Positions 24,944 to 35,630 of a stretch of 64,000 bases of DNA are shown here, piece by piece. Source of the stretch: Neodothiora populina (taxonomy: Eukaryota); the NCBI RefSeq assembly GCF_041146345.1, contig NW_027191405.1:744001-808000 (forward strand). Direction: 5' to 3'. A program made the translations under genes and the position numbers. Below the pieces are notes generated by a model, which saw only the letters and a list, made by a program, of their open reading frames with translations, searched no databases and was not told where the DNA came from. Position 1 is the stretch's first letter; each line of letters starts with the position of its first letter.

Positions 24944-27077
24944 ATGCAATTCCCCAAGCTCACGCCGCTGCAATCGCGATTCGCCGTCTCTCTCACTGCC
25001 TCTGTCGTGCTGGTCCTGATATATTTCTTCCTATGGAGTCCTAAATTCGCATATGCTGCTGAAATTGTCGCTGGTGGGTCGCCGTCTGAGTTTTTGGGAT
25101 CAATACGTGGGAGTGAGGATCACAATTGGGCGCGGATAGAGGATGAGGTGGAGGGACTGGATGACGATGACGACGACGACGACGACGATGAAAGCGATGC
25201 AGGAGGAGAAACTATAGCATTTGGTGATGAGTCACATGATGACCAGTTCGTGTTGTTGCAGGAAAGAGACGAGTTGGATGCTGGTACAATCCAATCAAGT
25301 AATGTCCCTGGCCAACTCAACATCAATCCCGGTCAACTGCAGATCTGGAGGTTCACCAATGCATCGCTATGGGCGAATAAAACCGATCCGGGCCCTGGTC
25401 TGCCGAGTAACAACTACTTGTTCGAGGATGGAGAAGACGACAACGACGACTTTTTTCAGGAGGAAGTTGAAGGCGCGAGATGCCGAGGAAGAACAGAACG
25501 GATTGTTCAAGAGACAAGAACGCGAGTCCCGGCAGATCTACATCTCAATCAATACCTGTCTACAGCCTGGATGGAATGGATCTGTCGACCAGGATCGTGC
25601 ACCTCCTCAGCTGAAGCTCTACGTGTCCAACGATACCTCTAACAAAAGACCCGGACCCAGAGTCACCAACGGCACGCAGGTTGAGATTACCTTGGACGCG
25701 GGTTTCGCAAACTACACGATGAACGCCACGGGAGATGTCTTCATGTCTGTCTCGGCCGAAGATCTGCCCACCAACTTTACTGGGGTGTGGAATTATGAAC
25801 TTGCTGTCTCGATCGAAGACTACTACCACAGAACCTTCGCGACCACTTTTCTGCATCTCGTCGACACAGACACCTACAACGCTCTCCTCGTCACCGACAA
25901 CCTCACCCAGGCCAGCGCTGGTGATGACGTCTACAAGAAATGGATGAACCTCACAACACCCTTTACTCTTTTTGCCCAAAGCAACAAAGACAGGTCCATC
26001 TGGGGCGTGGAGAACAGCTACTGTGGTCTCAAGACGAGTCCGGCTCAGATCATGGCCAACACGAACGACGCAGGAGGTGTGACGGACGCAGTCCAGATGG
26101 GCATGATCACTCGTGGACTAGGCAACAAGCCGAAGCAGCAGTTTTACATCAAAGGACTGAACGCGAGTACGGACTATAAAGTCTATCTCGCCATGCAGGG
26201 CAACTCGACCAGTTCCGGACCAGGTGTCGTCGGCGGCGGTGGTCAAGTGTGGGCACCGACCCCGCTGAAAACCAAACAGGACGGCAACTGCCAGCTGATT
26301 TTCAACCTGACCTTCTGCAGCGAGGTCGCCTACGCCGTGCCCTCGAACCCCTACACCTTCCCATCCATCGACTCCCTATCCGCAGTCTACGACTCGTACG
26401 CGGGCCAGCTCTACCAAAACTTCAACTACTCCCTGCAACAAGTGCCATGCAACACGACCTCATCAGCGCAATACTCACTCGCCAAAACGTGCGACGACTG
26501 CGCCGCAGCATACAAACAATGGCTGTGCGCAGTAACAATGCCGCGCTGCGAAGACTTCTCTTCCACGCTCCCCTGGCTGCAACCGCGCAACATGGCGCAA
26601 CGCTTCATAAACGCCACAGCCAGCACGACCTTCGCCAACGCGTCGGAGCAACAAGCGGCCTTCCTCCCCTCGGCCCTCCTCTCAGACCCCTACATCCCCA
26701 TGGCCTCAGCGCCGCGCGACTCGCTCGCCTTCTCGCAGTCTTATGCTTCCGTCTTCGCCTCGAACTCCTCCCGCAACCCCGCCATCATCGACCAACAAGT
26801 CGAGCCAGGCCCGTACAAGGAAGTCCTCCCGTGCGCAGACCTGTGCTACTCGCTTGTCCAGTCGTGTCCCGCGAGTCTCGGCTTCGCGTGTCCGACGCCT
26901 GGAAAGGGGCTGGAGGTCGATTATGGGCGCCGCAGCGAGGGCGCCGATTTGAGTTGTAGTTATCTTGGCGCTGTGTATTACCTTAATGCCGCTTCGCCTG
27001 GGGCTCGGGCGGAGCTGGTGAGCGTGCTCGTTGCGGGCGCTGTGGCGGCGCTGGTCGCGGTGGGCGGGGTCGGGTGA
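24944..27077 (+). CDS. MID1: Mid1 calcium channel regulatory subunit (frameshift at T6, 25451-25456)
   Basis: MQFPKLTPLQSRFA N-terminus with TM segment, IYISINTCLQP, NCQLIFNLTFCSEVAYAVPSNP, CDDCAAAYKQWLCAVTMPRC, PGPYKEVLPC..LCYSLVQSCP. Split over two frames. Confidence 0.9.
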
Positions 27078-27944
27078 TTGCTGGTTTCTTTTGATTGGGG
27101 GGTGTTTTATGGCGTTTTCATTTCTCTCTTCGTCTTGGATGGAAGGACTGCATAGATTATCTTCTGGAAATTCCAAAAGCAAGCGGCCAAGCAAGCGAAG
27201 CGAAGCATTTTGTCCCGTTTTACTCTGTTCTGATCTTCTCCATTTTCTTCTCTGTTTCGTTCACAATCTATCGTAGTGTATCTCTCTACCCTTGGTCCTG
27301 TCTCCGATACAGCTACTTTACTGTGCAACCTCCTACGCTACACAAGCATGGTCTCGATTACTTACCTACCTACATACCTTATCATATTCACCTTAGTCTA
27401 GTCACAGTACGGTGGCCCAAAGACAGACAGACAGGGTGACCACCCCTTTCCCTTAGCATCACCTCGAGCCCCCTACACAAGATACTGTACCTATACACAA
27501 GATACCTATCCATACAGAACGTCAACGCCACAGCTGTAGGCCCAGCCCAGCACATTAAGTGCATACAATGCAGTGATTAGTCTGTCTGTCTGTCTGCGCA
27601 GTGCAGACCCCTGTCGGATTTTCTGTATCGACTAAACTCAACTTTTCTACGTCCTGTCCTGTCCTGTTTTATTTCACCGAGCCGACATCCCCAGAGCCGT
27701 CAATTCCATCGAAACTCAACTTTGGAAAATGAATATTTTGGGTCTCGGTTCCTGGCGAACGAGAGCTTTGTCTAGCGGAAATCAACCTTAAGTTGGGGAG
27801 AACGAGAGTGATAAGGTAATGTTAAGGTAATGCTGTCTGTCTACTGTGCTTTCTTCGTATATCAGGAAACATATCAGGTGGTACATACGAGAAGAAACAC
27901 AAGGTGTGTGATGAGCAGAAGTAAGATATCGAGCAATATAGCTC

Positions 27945-28163
27945 CTAGGCAAGACATGTATGAAAGAGAAATAGCAAGCAGTTCAAAGTCATCATAAATG
28001 CAATCGAAACAAATACCTTCTCCACCCGGCTGCTCTGCTCTTCCCCTTCTGCACAGCCCGTCAGTACTTGTACAAGTAGCACAACCAATGACACGATGGA
28101 TGCAATCAAATCAAAGATCTCGTTCACCCGGCCGCTCTCCTTTTCTCCCGTAACACTGTTCAT
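27945..28163 (-). CDS. Putative small 2-TM protein built from a 34-aa duplication
   Basis: 72-aa ORF with two aligned halves GE..S.RV...F..IA....L..LL....T..A. Confidence 0.4.
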   Translation of the reverse strand: MNSVTGEKESGRVNEIFDLIASIVSLVVLLVQVLTGCAEGEEQSSRVEKVFVSIAFMMTLNCLLFLFHTCLA

Positions 28164-28209
28164 CGGTCGCTCACTCGCATATTATGACATCAAAAATCAC
28201 AATGGGAGC

Positions 28210-29046
28210 TCAATAGAACCATGACACCGAAGAAGACGCGTCGTCATAATCATAATCCTCAGACCCAATTGCGGATGGTGCATAGAAAACATCATCGGGT
28301 ATCTCTGGAGGATAATTTCCACGCCTGTAATCTTCATCTCCAAAAGACCCAACCTCCACTACTCTTGCAGTCCGGCTCTGACCGTAGTCGTCAAAACCCT
28401 GCAAGCGATTATTGATGGCATAGAGAACATCCGGCTGCAACCCGTAGGCTCTGTCACTGTGCGCGTACAGAGAGTTCAGCATGATTTGGATGGGCTGCCA
28501 CAGTTGGTCAAACGCCTCTCCTTCAGGAAGCACACGAGGCATGCTGGTGTCGGGAAATCTCACTGGTGCAAGGTTCTCCGTTCGCATGTGGTTGTAGCGC
28601 TCGAATGCATGGAGGTGATCTCGCATGCTATAAAGACACTCCAAAAGATGCACTCTGTCTCCGTGACGATTTAGATACATGTGACTGAGTAATTCCTGAA
28701 TCGGATTCCAGTATGAAACAAAGCTTTCTGGTCCTGGAAGCACCTCAGGACGCGACGATCCAATATCTTGTCTACTGTATGGTTCCACATTTGCTCCTCT
28801 GGAAGGGCGAGAAGACCCATAGTCTTGTGTGCTGTATGGTTCCAGATTTGCTCCTCGAGCAGACCGAGAAGACCCATAGTCTTGTGTGCTGTATGGTTCC
28901 ACATTCTCAAGTCTGACAGGCCGGCCATTGATAGTTACATGCATGGCTGGTCTCCGTTCACCGTGTGCGTCCTCGGAATATGTGTACTGATCAACACTAT
29001 TATCGCAAAATCCGCCGTAACGAAATTGCACTACTGTCGACTGCAA
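28210..29046 (-). CDS. Orphan repeat protein (first downstream ATG 28944; in-frame ATG 29196 lies upstream of a TAG)
   Basis: Three 19-aa tandem repeats and two 70-aa repeats in one open frame. Confidence 0.6.
   Translation of the reverse strand: MQSTVVQFRYGGFCDNSVDQYTYSEDAHGERRPAMHVTINGRPVRLENVEPYSTQDYGSSRSARGANLEPYSTQDYGSSRPSRGANVEPYSRQDIGSSRPEVLPGPESFVSYWNPIQELLSHMYLNRHGDRVHLLECLYSMRDHLHAFERYNHMRTENLAPVRFPDTSMPRVLPEGEAFDQLWQPIQIMLNSLYAHSDRAYGLQPDVLYAINNRLQGFDDYGQSRTARVVEVGSFGDEDYRRGNYPPEIPDDVFYAPSAIGSEDYDYDDASSSVSWFY
28750..28905. repeat. 57-nt tandem repeat, ~2.7 copies (coding)
   Basis: Unit includes gagaagacccatagtcttgtgtgctgtatggttcca; encodes N(V/L)EPYSTQDYGSSR..RGA. Confidence 0.9.
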
Positions 29047-29359
29047 GTGTCTATCTTCGTTGTGACGACCATTATTCAGGTTGGTAGTATAGCATACGTT
29101 CCGGTCAGGAGCGCCTCGTAGACTTGGCTAATCGTGGCTGCGGCGCAGACGCCGCTCACTTCTTGGATCTCTTGGATCAGAATATCGAGTAGGCATATTC
29201 GTAGTTTCTGTGCCTTACTATGCTGTTAGAGGCAACAAAAATTCGAGGAGTCCCGGCGAAGTGGATGTTGATGTCCACTGAAAAGTATGCTCGAGTGTTG
29301 GAGAAACCACAGAGGACTCGCGGGACATACTCTAGACGCACCCTTGGCGCATGAGCAGC

Positions 29360-30464
29360 TCAGAAGACCTCTTCCGTGACACGTCTGCCGTACCACAGAG
29401 ACAACTCATCTTCGCCTGTGTTTGCTTCCTCGTCGTCATACATGTAGAAGCTTGTGAGTTTCATCGAGTCCTCGTCGTCCTCTACGGTAGGCCAGGTCAC
29501 CTTTGCGCCAGATTTAGAATCCAGCAAATCCTTTGTTGTAGACCAACTGTAACGACACTCAGTACCCCAGCCAAAGTGCGGATCCATGTTGTGCTTTAGC
29601 CAGCTAGAGCAACGAGCATCACTAGGATAACCGGAGCCCCAGCCAGCTGCCGGGTGCTCAGGAAGCGCCTTCTTTGCACGAGCATCGTCACGAGCTACAG
29701 CTTCCTTGAAGTTGTCGTACTCAACGTCAAGCGCAGCATCTCTGCTTACCTTGGCGCAAACACTCGCTGCGGATACACAAGGATACAAAGAATCAGCCTT
29801 TTTGGCAACAGTGATGTTGACCGTGGGGAAGATGCGCTCGAGCTTCCTCTGATAAGTAGCCGGCTGACCGATGGTGTCGATGTAGATTTCCTTGACATTG
29901 ACACCCTGGGCAAAGACCTGCTTGATCAGATCGATCGTGGCGTCCATTGCCTGGGCATTCAGATTGTACATCGCTGTGGGTCTCAATTGGGCAGATGATA
30001 TGTCCCTTGCTGACATGACGCGAGTCGCCCAGCCACAAGAACGAAAGAGATCCGTTCCCGGGGTGCAGATGGCCTGCATCAAGGATGAACGGAATGCTGG
30101 AGTGAGAACTTTGGAGTCGTCAAAGTGATGAGTGTCTGCCAGTAGAGAGCGGTGCATTGATATGGGCAAATAGTACAAGCCATACACCATAGGTCCTATG
30201 ATGCTCAGATCAGGAACAGTACAAGTCAGTGGCAGAGGCACACCACATACCTAACACAGGGCCTCTTCCAGCTTCGTCAACACCCAGAACACACTCGGTA
30301 GACATGTCTGCCTTGACCACTTCTGGCACATCGGACATGTGAGTGTAAGATGTGCCAGCCAATATTGGCTCTTTCTTGACTGAAGGAGGCACAAAAACAT
30401 TGTCGATTGGGGTTTCCTGGGCGATGTCCTGAGACTCGTTGACTTCTTCCATTGGTTCGTCCAT
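29360..30464 (-). CDS. RNH201: Ribonuclease H2 catalytic subunit A (2 exons)
   Basis: LGVDEAGRGPVLGPMVY, DDSKVL, YIDTIG, KKADSLYPCVSAASVCAKV, GSGYPSD. Confidence 0.95.
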
Positions 30465-30892
30465 GATGTTTTCTCGTGAAATCAAATACTGATCAGATCT
30501 CAATGGTATTCTAGATGTGAAGGCAGTGTGAGATATTAATGTTGCGAGAAGACGCGCGCAGGCGTGATGGTAGCGCGCTTGCCGTGAATACGCCGACATA
30601 ATACCCGATTAGGAAGTGGGATGGTGCAGCGTACTGTACGGCAGGAAGTAAACATAAGCCAAGAATCCCCACAAACAACGCCGCAGACACAACAGAAACG
30701 ACGTGCGTTCCTTCCATTTCCATCAACTGTGACAAACACGCGGCTATATCGACACCTACATACTCAACGACAACACAGTTCCATCGTCCCATATATTTAC
30801 TCTCATACAATCTAGCTCTATTAACGCGCCAGCCCTTGTGGTTGCTCATTACAGATTTGTGCCGCCATTGGATACCCGCCACACGCCACGGC
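30465..30892. promoter_or_regulatory. Divergent promoter shared by RNH201 and MIF2, with MCB-like CGCG cores
   Basis: Head-to-head ATGs 428 nt apart; ACGCG cores near 30552, 30738 and 30824. Confidence 0.45.
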
Positions 30893-33800
30893 ATGGCGTC
30901 AACAAGATTGACCCCCGGTCGGCGACGACACAATAATCTGAAAGAAAACATGTATTTTGAACCAGGAAAGCAGGGACGGTACGCGCCATACACTTGATCA
31001 AGCGAAGCAAGAAAGCTGGGAAGGAGCGCAAGCGATTCTGACTTCGGTGGTGACAGACGAACGGGCATCACCCTCAAAGATACAGGCGTACGCGACGAAT
31101 ACGGCCTCGAGCCCGTCAGCGGCATCTTCTCTTCGCCGATACCAACACCTCAGCGCTCTTCACAGCGTAAGCGCGGAAACGCTAGTGTAGAGGTCGAAAA
31201 TGGTAAATATCAGACATCCAGGAACTCTGTGCTGACTTGGCCTCGCTTCATCGATGGCTATATATTGTGAATGGCTAACATTGACATGTTGCTATAGCTG
31301 CTGCCACACAGACTACCGAGACTCTCAACTTGCGCAAGACACCTCATCTCCCACCGAAGACGCAGACTCCCAGACACACCAATATAGGTGGTTCTCCTGT
31401 ACGACATTCTTCTGTGCGACCCGGATCGCGCCATACTTCTCCACAGCGACCTTTGTCGGCTCAGCCAGACCGGGCGAATCGGAAACTTGACTTCACTAAG
31501 AATGCAAGCAACGTAAGGACGAGCGTCGAACAAAGCCCCAGTCCATTCAAACCAAGACCTGGCAAGGGCCGTAAAAGCATCTTTGAATTCGATGATTCTC
31601 CGGCCAAGAGGACGGGCGATGCTCGGAGTGATTCGGTTGAGCTTGAGAGGACCGTACAGGAAGCACAAGAAGCCATCGATAGCATGATTAGAGATGCGCC
31701 AGAGTCAGAACAGATTGAAATTGATACTACTGCTGTTCAGGTACAGCTCTCCGACAAACAGAACTCTTCAGCCTATCCGCATTCGCCTTCGGACGGCCCA
31801 TCTTCAAATCAGAAACGCAAACGAGGAAACCCCAGGACTTCTCAGATTGGCAAAGTAGAGTCAACGCTCCAGCCCGAACCCGATCAGAAGCGTCGGAAAT
31901 CATACGCTCGGGAAGCACCATCTGAGCCGACTAACATCGATGAGACGCTCGCCGAGACGACAGTGAACGAGCCGGAGGAGACAGAATATACGACCGTCGG
32001 AGCCACAGCCATCGACGAAACTCACGCGGATCATACCGAATACACAATTGCGAATCATACCGCCTATACAGCCGCAGACCCTACAGAATACACTACTGCA
32101 GAGCCAGAGCAAACCATTGTCGACCTTACCCAATATGCAGCGACCGAGCAGAGTGAACTTACCGAACAGTCGATCGAAGATACCGCGATGCCTGATGAGT
32201 CCATGGCCGAGACCGAGTTACCGATCGAATCACCGACGGTCACCAAGGCGAAGAAAATTCAACAGTCACACTCTCCACAACGAGTTCTATCCAGGCATCA
32301 ATCGGAGGACGATGACAGAAGTGTTGAAGATTTTGTGCCACCCCCCGAATCCGACCATGAGCCGGAGCCGGTACAAGAAAAGGCGCAACCGAAGCCGGGC
32401 AAGCGTGGACCACCCGCCAAGGCAGCATCACAAAAGAAGAAGTCACAACAGCCGAAGAAACCTGTCGAGGATCCGGGTTCAGACGATTCGCAAGGCAACA
32501 AACGAAAGGGTCCGAAATCCATAGTGACTCTACGTGCTGGGACACCCCAGGAAGAAGACGGAGCAACACAGACGCGATCAGGACGAACATCTATCAAACC
32601 GCTCAAATATTGGTGCAACGAGTCTTTCATATGGCGCCATGGCGAAGTTGACGGTGTGGTCCGCGCAGAACCGCTCGACGAGCCGAAGCAACCTTCACGA
32701 GCGCGAGGCAGACCGAAGAAGAAGTCCAAGGAACTGTCATCGATCAAGGAAGACGAGGAAGAGGCAGACGAAGATCTGTTACCTGAAGCCTGGGAAGACG
32801 AACTGGGTGTGATTAATGGGCGTGTCAGAACTTGGGACGCAGAGGTAGGGGCCGGCAACCCCGACGACGAGGTCCACGAAGGTAAGCGCGTTTGCAGCTC
32901 TACTCATGATTTGAACGATCTCACTGACGGCGTTCTAGATATTGCATTCGCATCGACGGCGATCGCTACGCGCGACGTACAAGGCTCAGCTTTTCGCTAC
33001 GCCAAAGTCATGACGATGCCCTTTTTCGGGGCAGGCATGGTCGAGGTACCTCCAGAAGGCTTCAAGCGAATCAAAAACTCGCGGAAGATGCAGATGATAT
33101 TCTTTGTGCACGAAGGCAAAGTCACGGTCGAGGTTGGAGACATCAAATTTGGCATGTCCAAAGGCGGCGTTTGGCAGGTCCCAAGAGGTATGTTGCAACA
33201 CGTCATTATTTTGTATTTTGCTTTTTTCCTTTGCGCTGCACCTCCCCTCTTATTCGCAATGTATCACTATTCCTGGTCAACGTTCCTTTAACCACCGACT
33301 TGAAAGGCGGTGTCTCACCGCCACGACGACGACAACGAACCTCAGGTGCGCAAAGCGGGAGCTGGCTCCTGTGACACGGGAGTGGTTGCAGATTGCCTGT
33401 TTGGTGCAGCTCGTGTCTCATCGAACTGCACCGAACCTCAGAATTTGTGCGACAATCCGGGGTACGGAGAAATCATTGCGAACGAAGGTTCATCGTTCGA
33501 CCGACCCACCTCATCCGCACGCAAGCATGCATGCGTGCATGTCCTGTACTATGCAGGGCGACCAAGAATACGTGGCTCCAACGGATTGGTTCCGAGATTC
33601 TGGAGCCGTGGTTCTCAGCGACTTTTCTCCGGCCTATTTGCAATTACCGGACGCTGCACGTTGCTGGGCGCTGAGTCGGGTATTGCCCCTTACCACCCCG
33701 TGAGATCCCGTCCAACCTTAACGGAGCGTCCTCTTCGTCTGGATTCGGTGGTAATTTCTCATGTCGCCTACAGCTGTCCAACCTGCGTAAACGGGCGGGG

Positions 33801-34045
33801 CAGCGGAGGGGGTTGCCCGACCGGAATCACGTTTGACCCTCGCACATCTTTTCCGTTTTCTATACTATTTCCCCTTTCGGCTTTAGCTCAGGTCTGTGCG
33901 GACTTCCAATGCTGACCCTATACTCCGTACACTAGGTAATAACTACGCCATCCTGAACGAAAGCAAGCGCCACGTCGCCAAGATTTTCTTTGCACAGGGC
34001 TGTGAGCTGGAGGCTGGTGTGTACGACGCGGGACCCTCTGCTTGA
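30893..34045 (+). CDS. MIF2: Inner kinetochore protein Mif2/CENP-C (5 exons)
   Basis: Mif2_N GRRTGITLKDTGVRDEYGLEP...IFSSP; CENP-C motif TRSGRTSIKPLKYW.NE; cupin domain KNSRKMQMIFFVHEGKV...WQVPR|GNNYAILNE...IFFAQG completed by the exon at 33936. Confidence 0.93.
33291..33819 (+). ncRNA. Candidate structured intronic RNA element of unknown class in the last MIF2 intron
   Basis: At least 10 helices found by eye, enclosed by accaccga(33291-98)/tcggtggt(33745-52). Several G-U pairs favour the + strand. Confidence 0.6.
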
Positions 34046-35630
34046 ATAACAAATGCCACCACTGTGGCTCCTAGCCACCACCACCGCTATAGGCAGGCAA
34101 ATAGCGGCACTATAATATGTTCTATTACACTTTTATGACGTTAAAGGTTTTTTTCTCCCTGTGGCCGACCCGGAAATATATCTAGTCAAGTATTAGGCAC
34201 TGATTACTCCGAATACACCCGCTTATATGTTCACTCTTCCGACGAGTCATTCTGGATGCTTGTAACGGACCGAATCGAAAGTCCACCGCGGGTTGAGAAG
34301 TAGTCTTGCTATAGTGTGCTCCCCTTTCCCCATCTGCCACCAAGACAATGTGCCGGACCAAGCAACGCTTCACGATCGGCAATGACTCGTCGTATGACCA
34401 TTGTCCCATTGAGGAAGAGCAGCGACCTCATAGCTGTCGGATGCGGGAACCCATGCACTTCTTGGTAAAGCCGTTTGGTCAATGAGATTAAGTACATCGC
34501 AGAGATCAGAAATCGAAGCTAAACCACTCGCCCGCAAGGAAACTCTACTTGGCGACATTGTGACCAAGTCTCTGTCGGTCGCCGCGGGACCTACGCACAC
34601 CCACACGCTTGTACATAGCAACAGTAGTTCTTGTGTCCCCTTCTTAGTGTCCTTGGATTGCGACATAATTTGTAAAGCAGAGAGACCAAGGGTCCCGTTC
34701 ACGAGCAAGGTCGGCAGTACCATACTTCGTCACAGATACCGTACCGTCCTTTTCCTTCTTCAACAAGAGGGTGTGGAGAAAGTCTTTCGTGCGTACTGTA
34801 ATCATTTCGTAGATACAATGGCTCTTGCTGCCAATCTTACTCGATAATTCATGTGGCTATGGTACAGTACAACGGCCTGGCTCTGGTCGACTGATCTTCT
34901 AGTTCATCTGCGAAGAAGGTAGCATTGTACGCGGCTTTTTTCCCTGTCTTTGGATCGATGTAAGATACATGTTGGTGATCAGAAGACGCTTTAGGGAGGG
35001 ACCGTCGATCTTGTGGTTTCGTCGCTAAGCTTATTTCTTGTTCGATCGGGCTTCGTAGTCACTCGGACGTTCTCTCGTGTAGTTATACCTACTTCGAATA
35101 ATAAGGTAGGGAATCCCCCCTTTGACCCTTTCTTGAAGTGCATACAGTACATGTATGCATACTGCATTTGTACACCCTCTTGTTTTGCCCTACTTAGCCT
35201 CCTTAACTTCGATGGCGCTTACTAGTGCTCTAGCATACCACGTGTCTCGAAGAGCTTGACTGTCACAAGGTTGGTGGCACTATGTGTGCTGTTAGCGCTA
35301 TTGTTATCATAGATGATCAGTTTTGAGTTCTCGCAAACAACAAAACTTTCCACACAACCACACACACACACATGGACGCCACTCTCGAATCTGGTCCTCC
35401 TGTGGCCTACTTGGTTCTGCAAACTATCCTTGATGATACTGCAAATTCGTGCTATTTGCGCCATCCGGTTTGAACCATTGATTAGCACTCTTTGCTCCTC
35501 TTTGGTCCTTGATTCTCGCGAACTGCTGTAATCCCCAGCCTCCCGTATACACACATGTACTCACACACTTACCTGGGATCTGTACATCCGCGATCACCCT
35601 CCAATGTCTGTCTTAACATCTCATCGCAGC

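Noticed and set aside
28750..28905. CRISPR-like array
   Set aside because: Eukaryotic in-frame coding tandem repeat without unique spacers.
33291..33752. RNase P/MRP, SRP, telomerase RNA or hammerhead identity for the intronic structure
   Set aside because: No GAAAGUCCCC or GGAAAUUC P4 motifs in the right order, no convincing SRP helix 8, no CCCUAA template and no CUGANGA/GAAA core. Checked by eye only.
33310..33915. 201-aa ORF nested in the MIF2 intron
   Set aside because: GTG start and no recognisable protein character; GC-rich structured sequence readily lacks stops.
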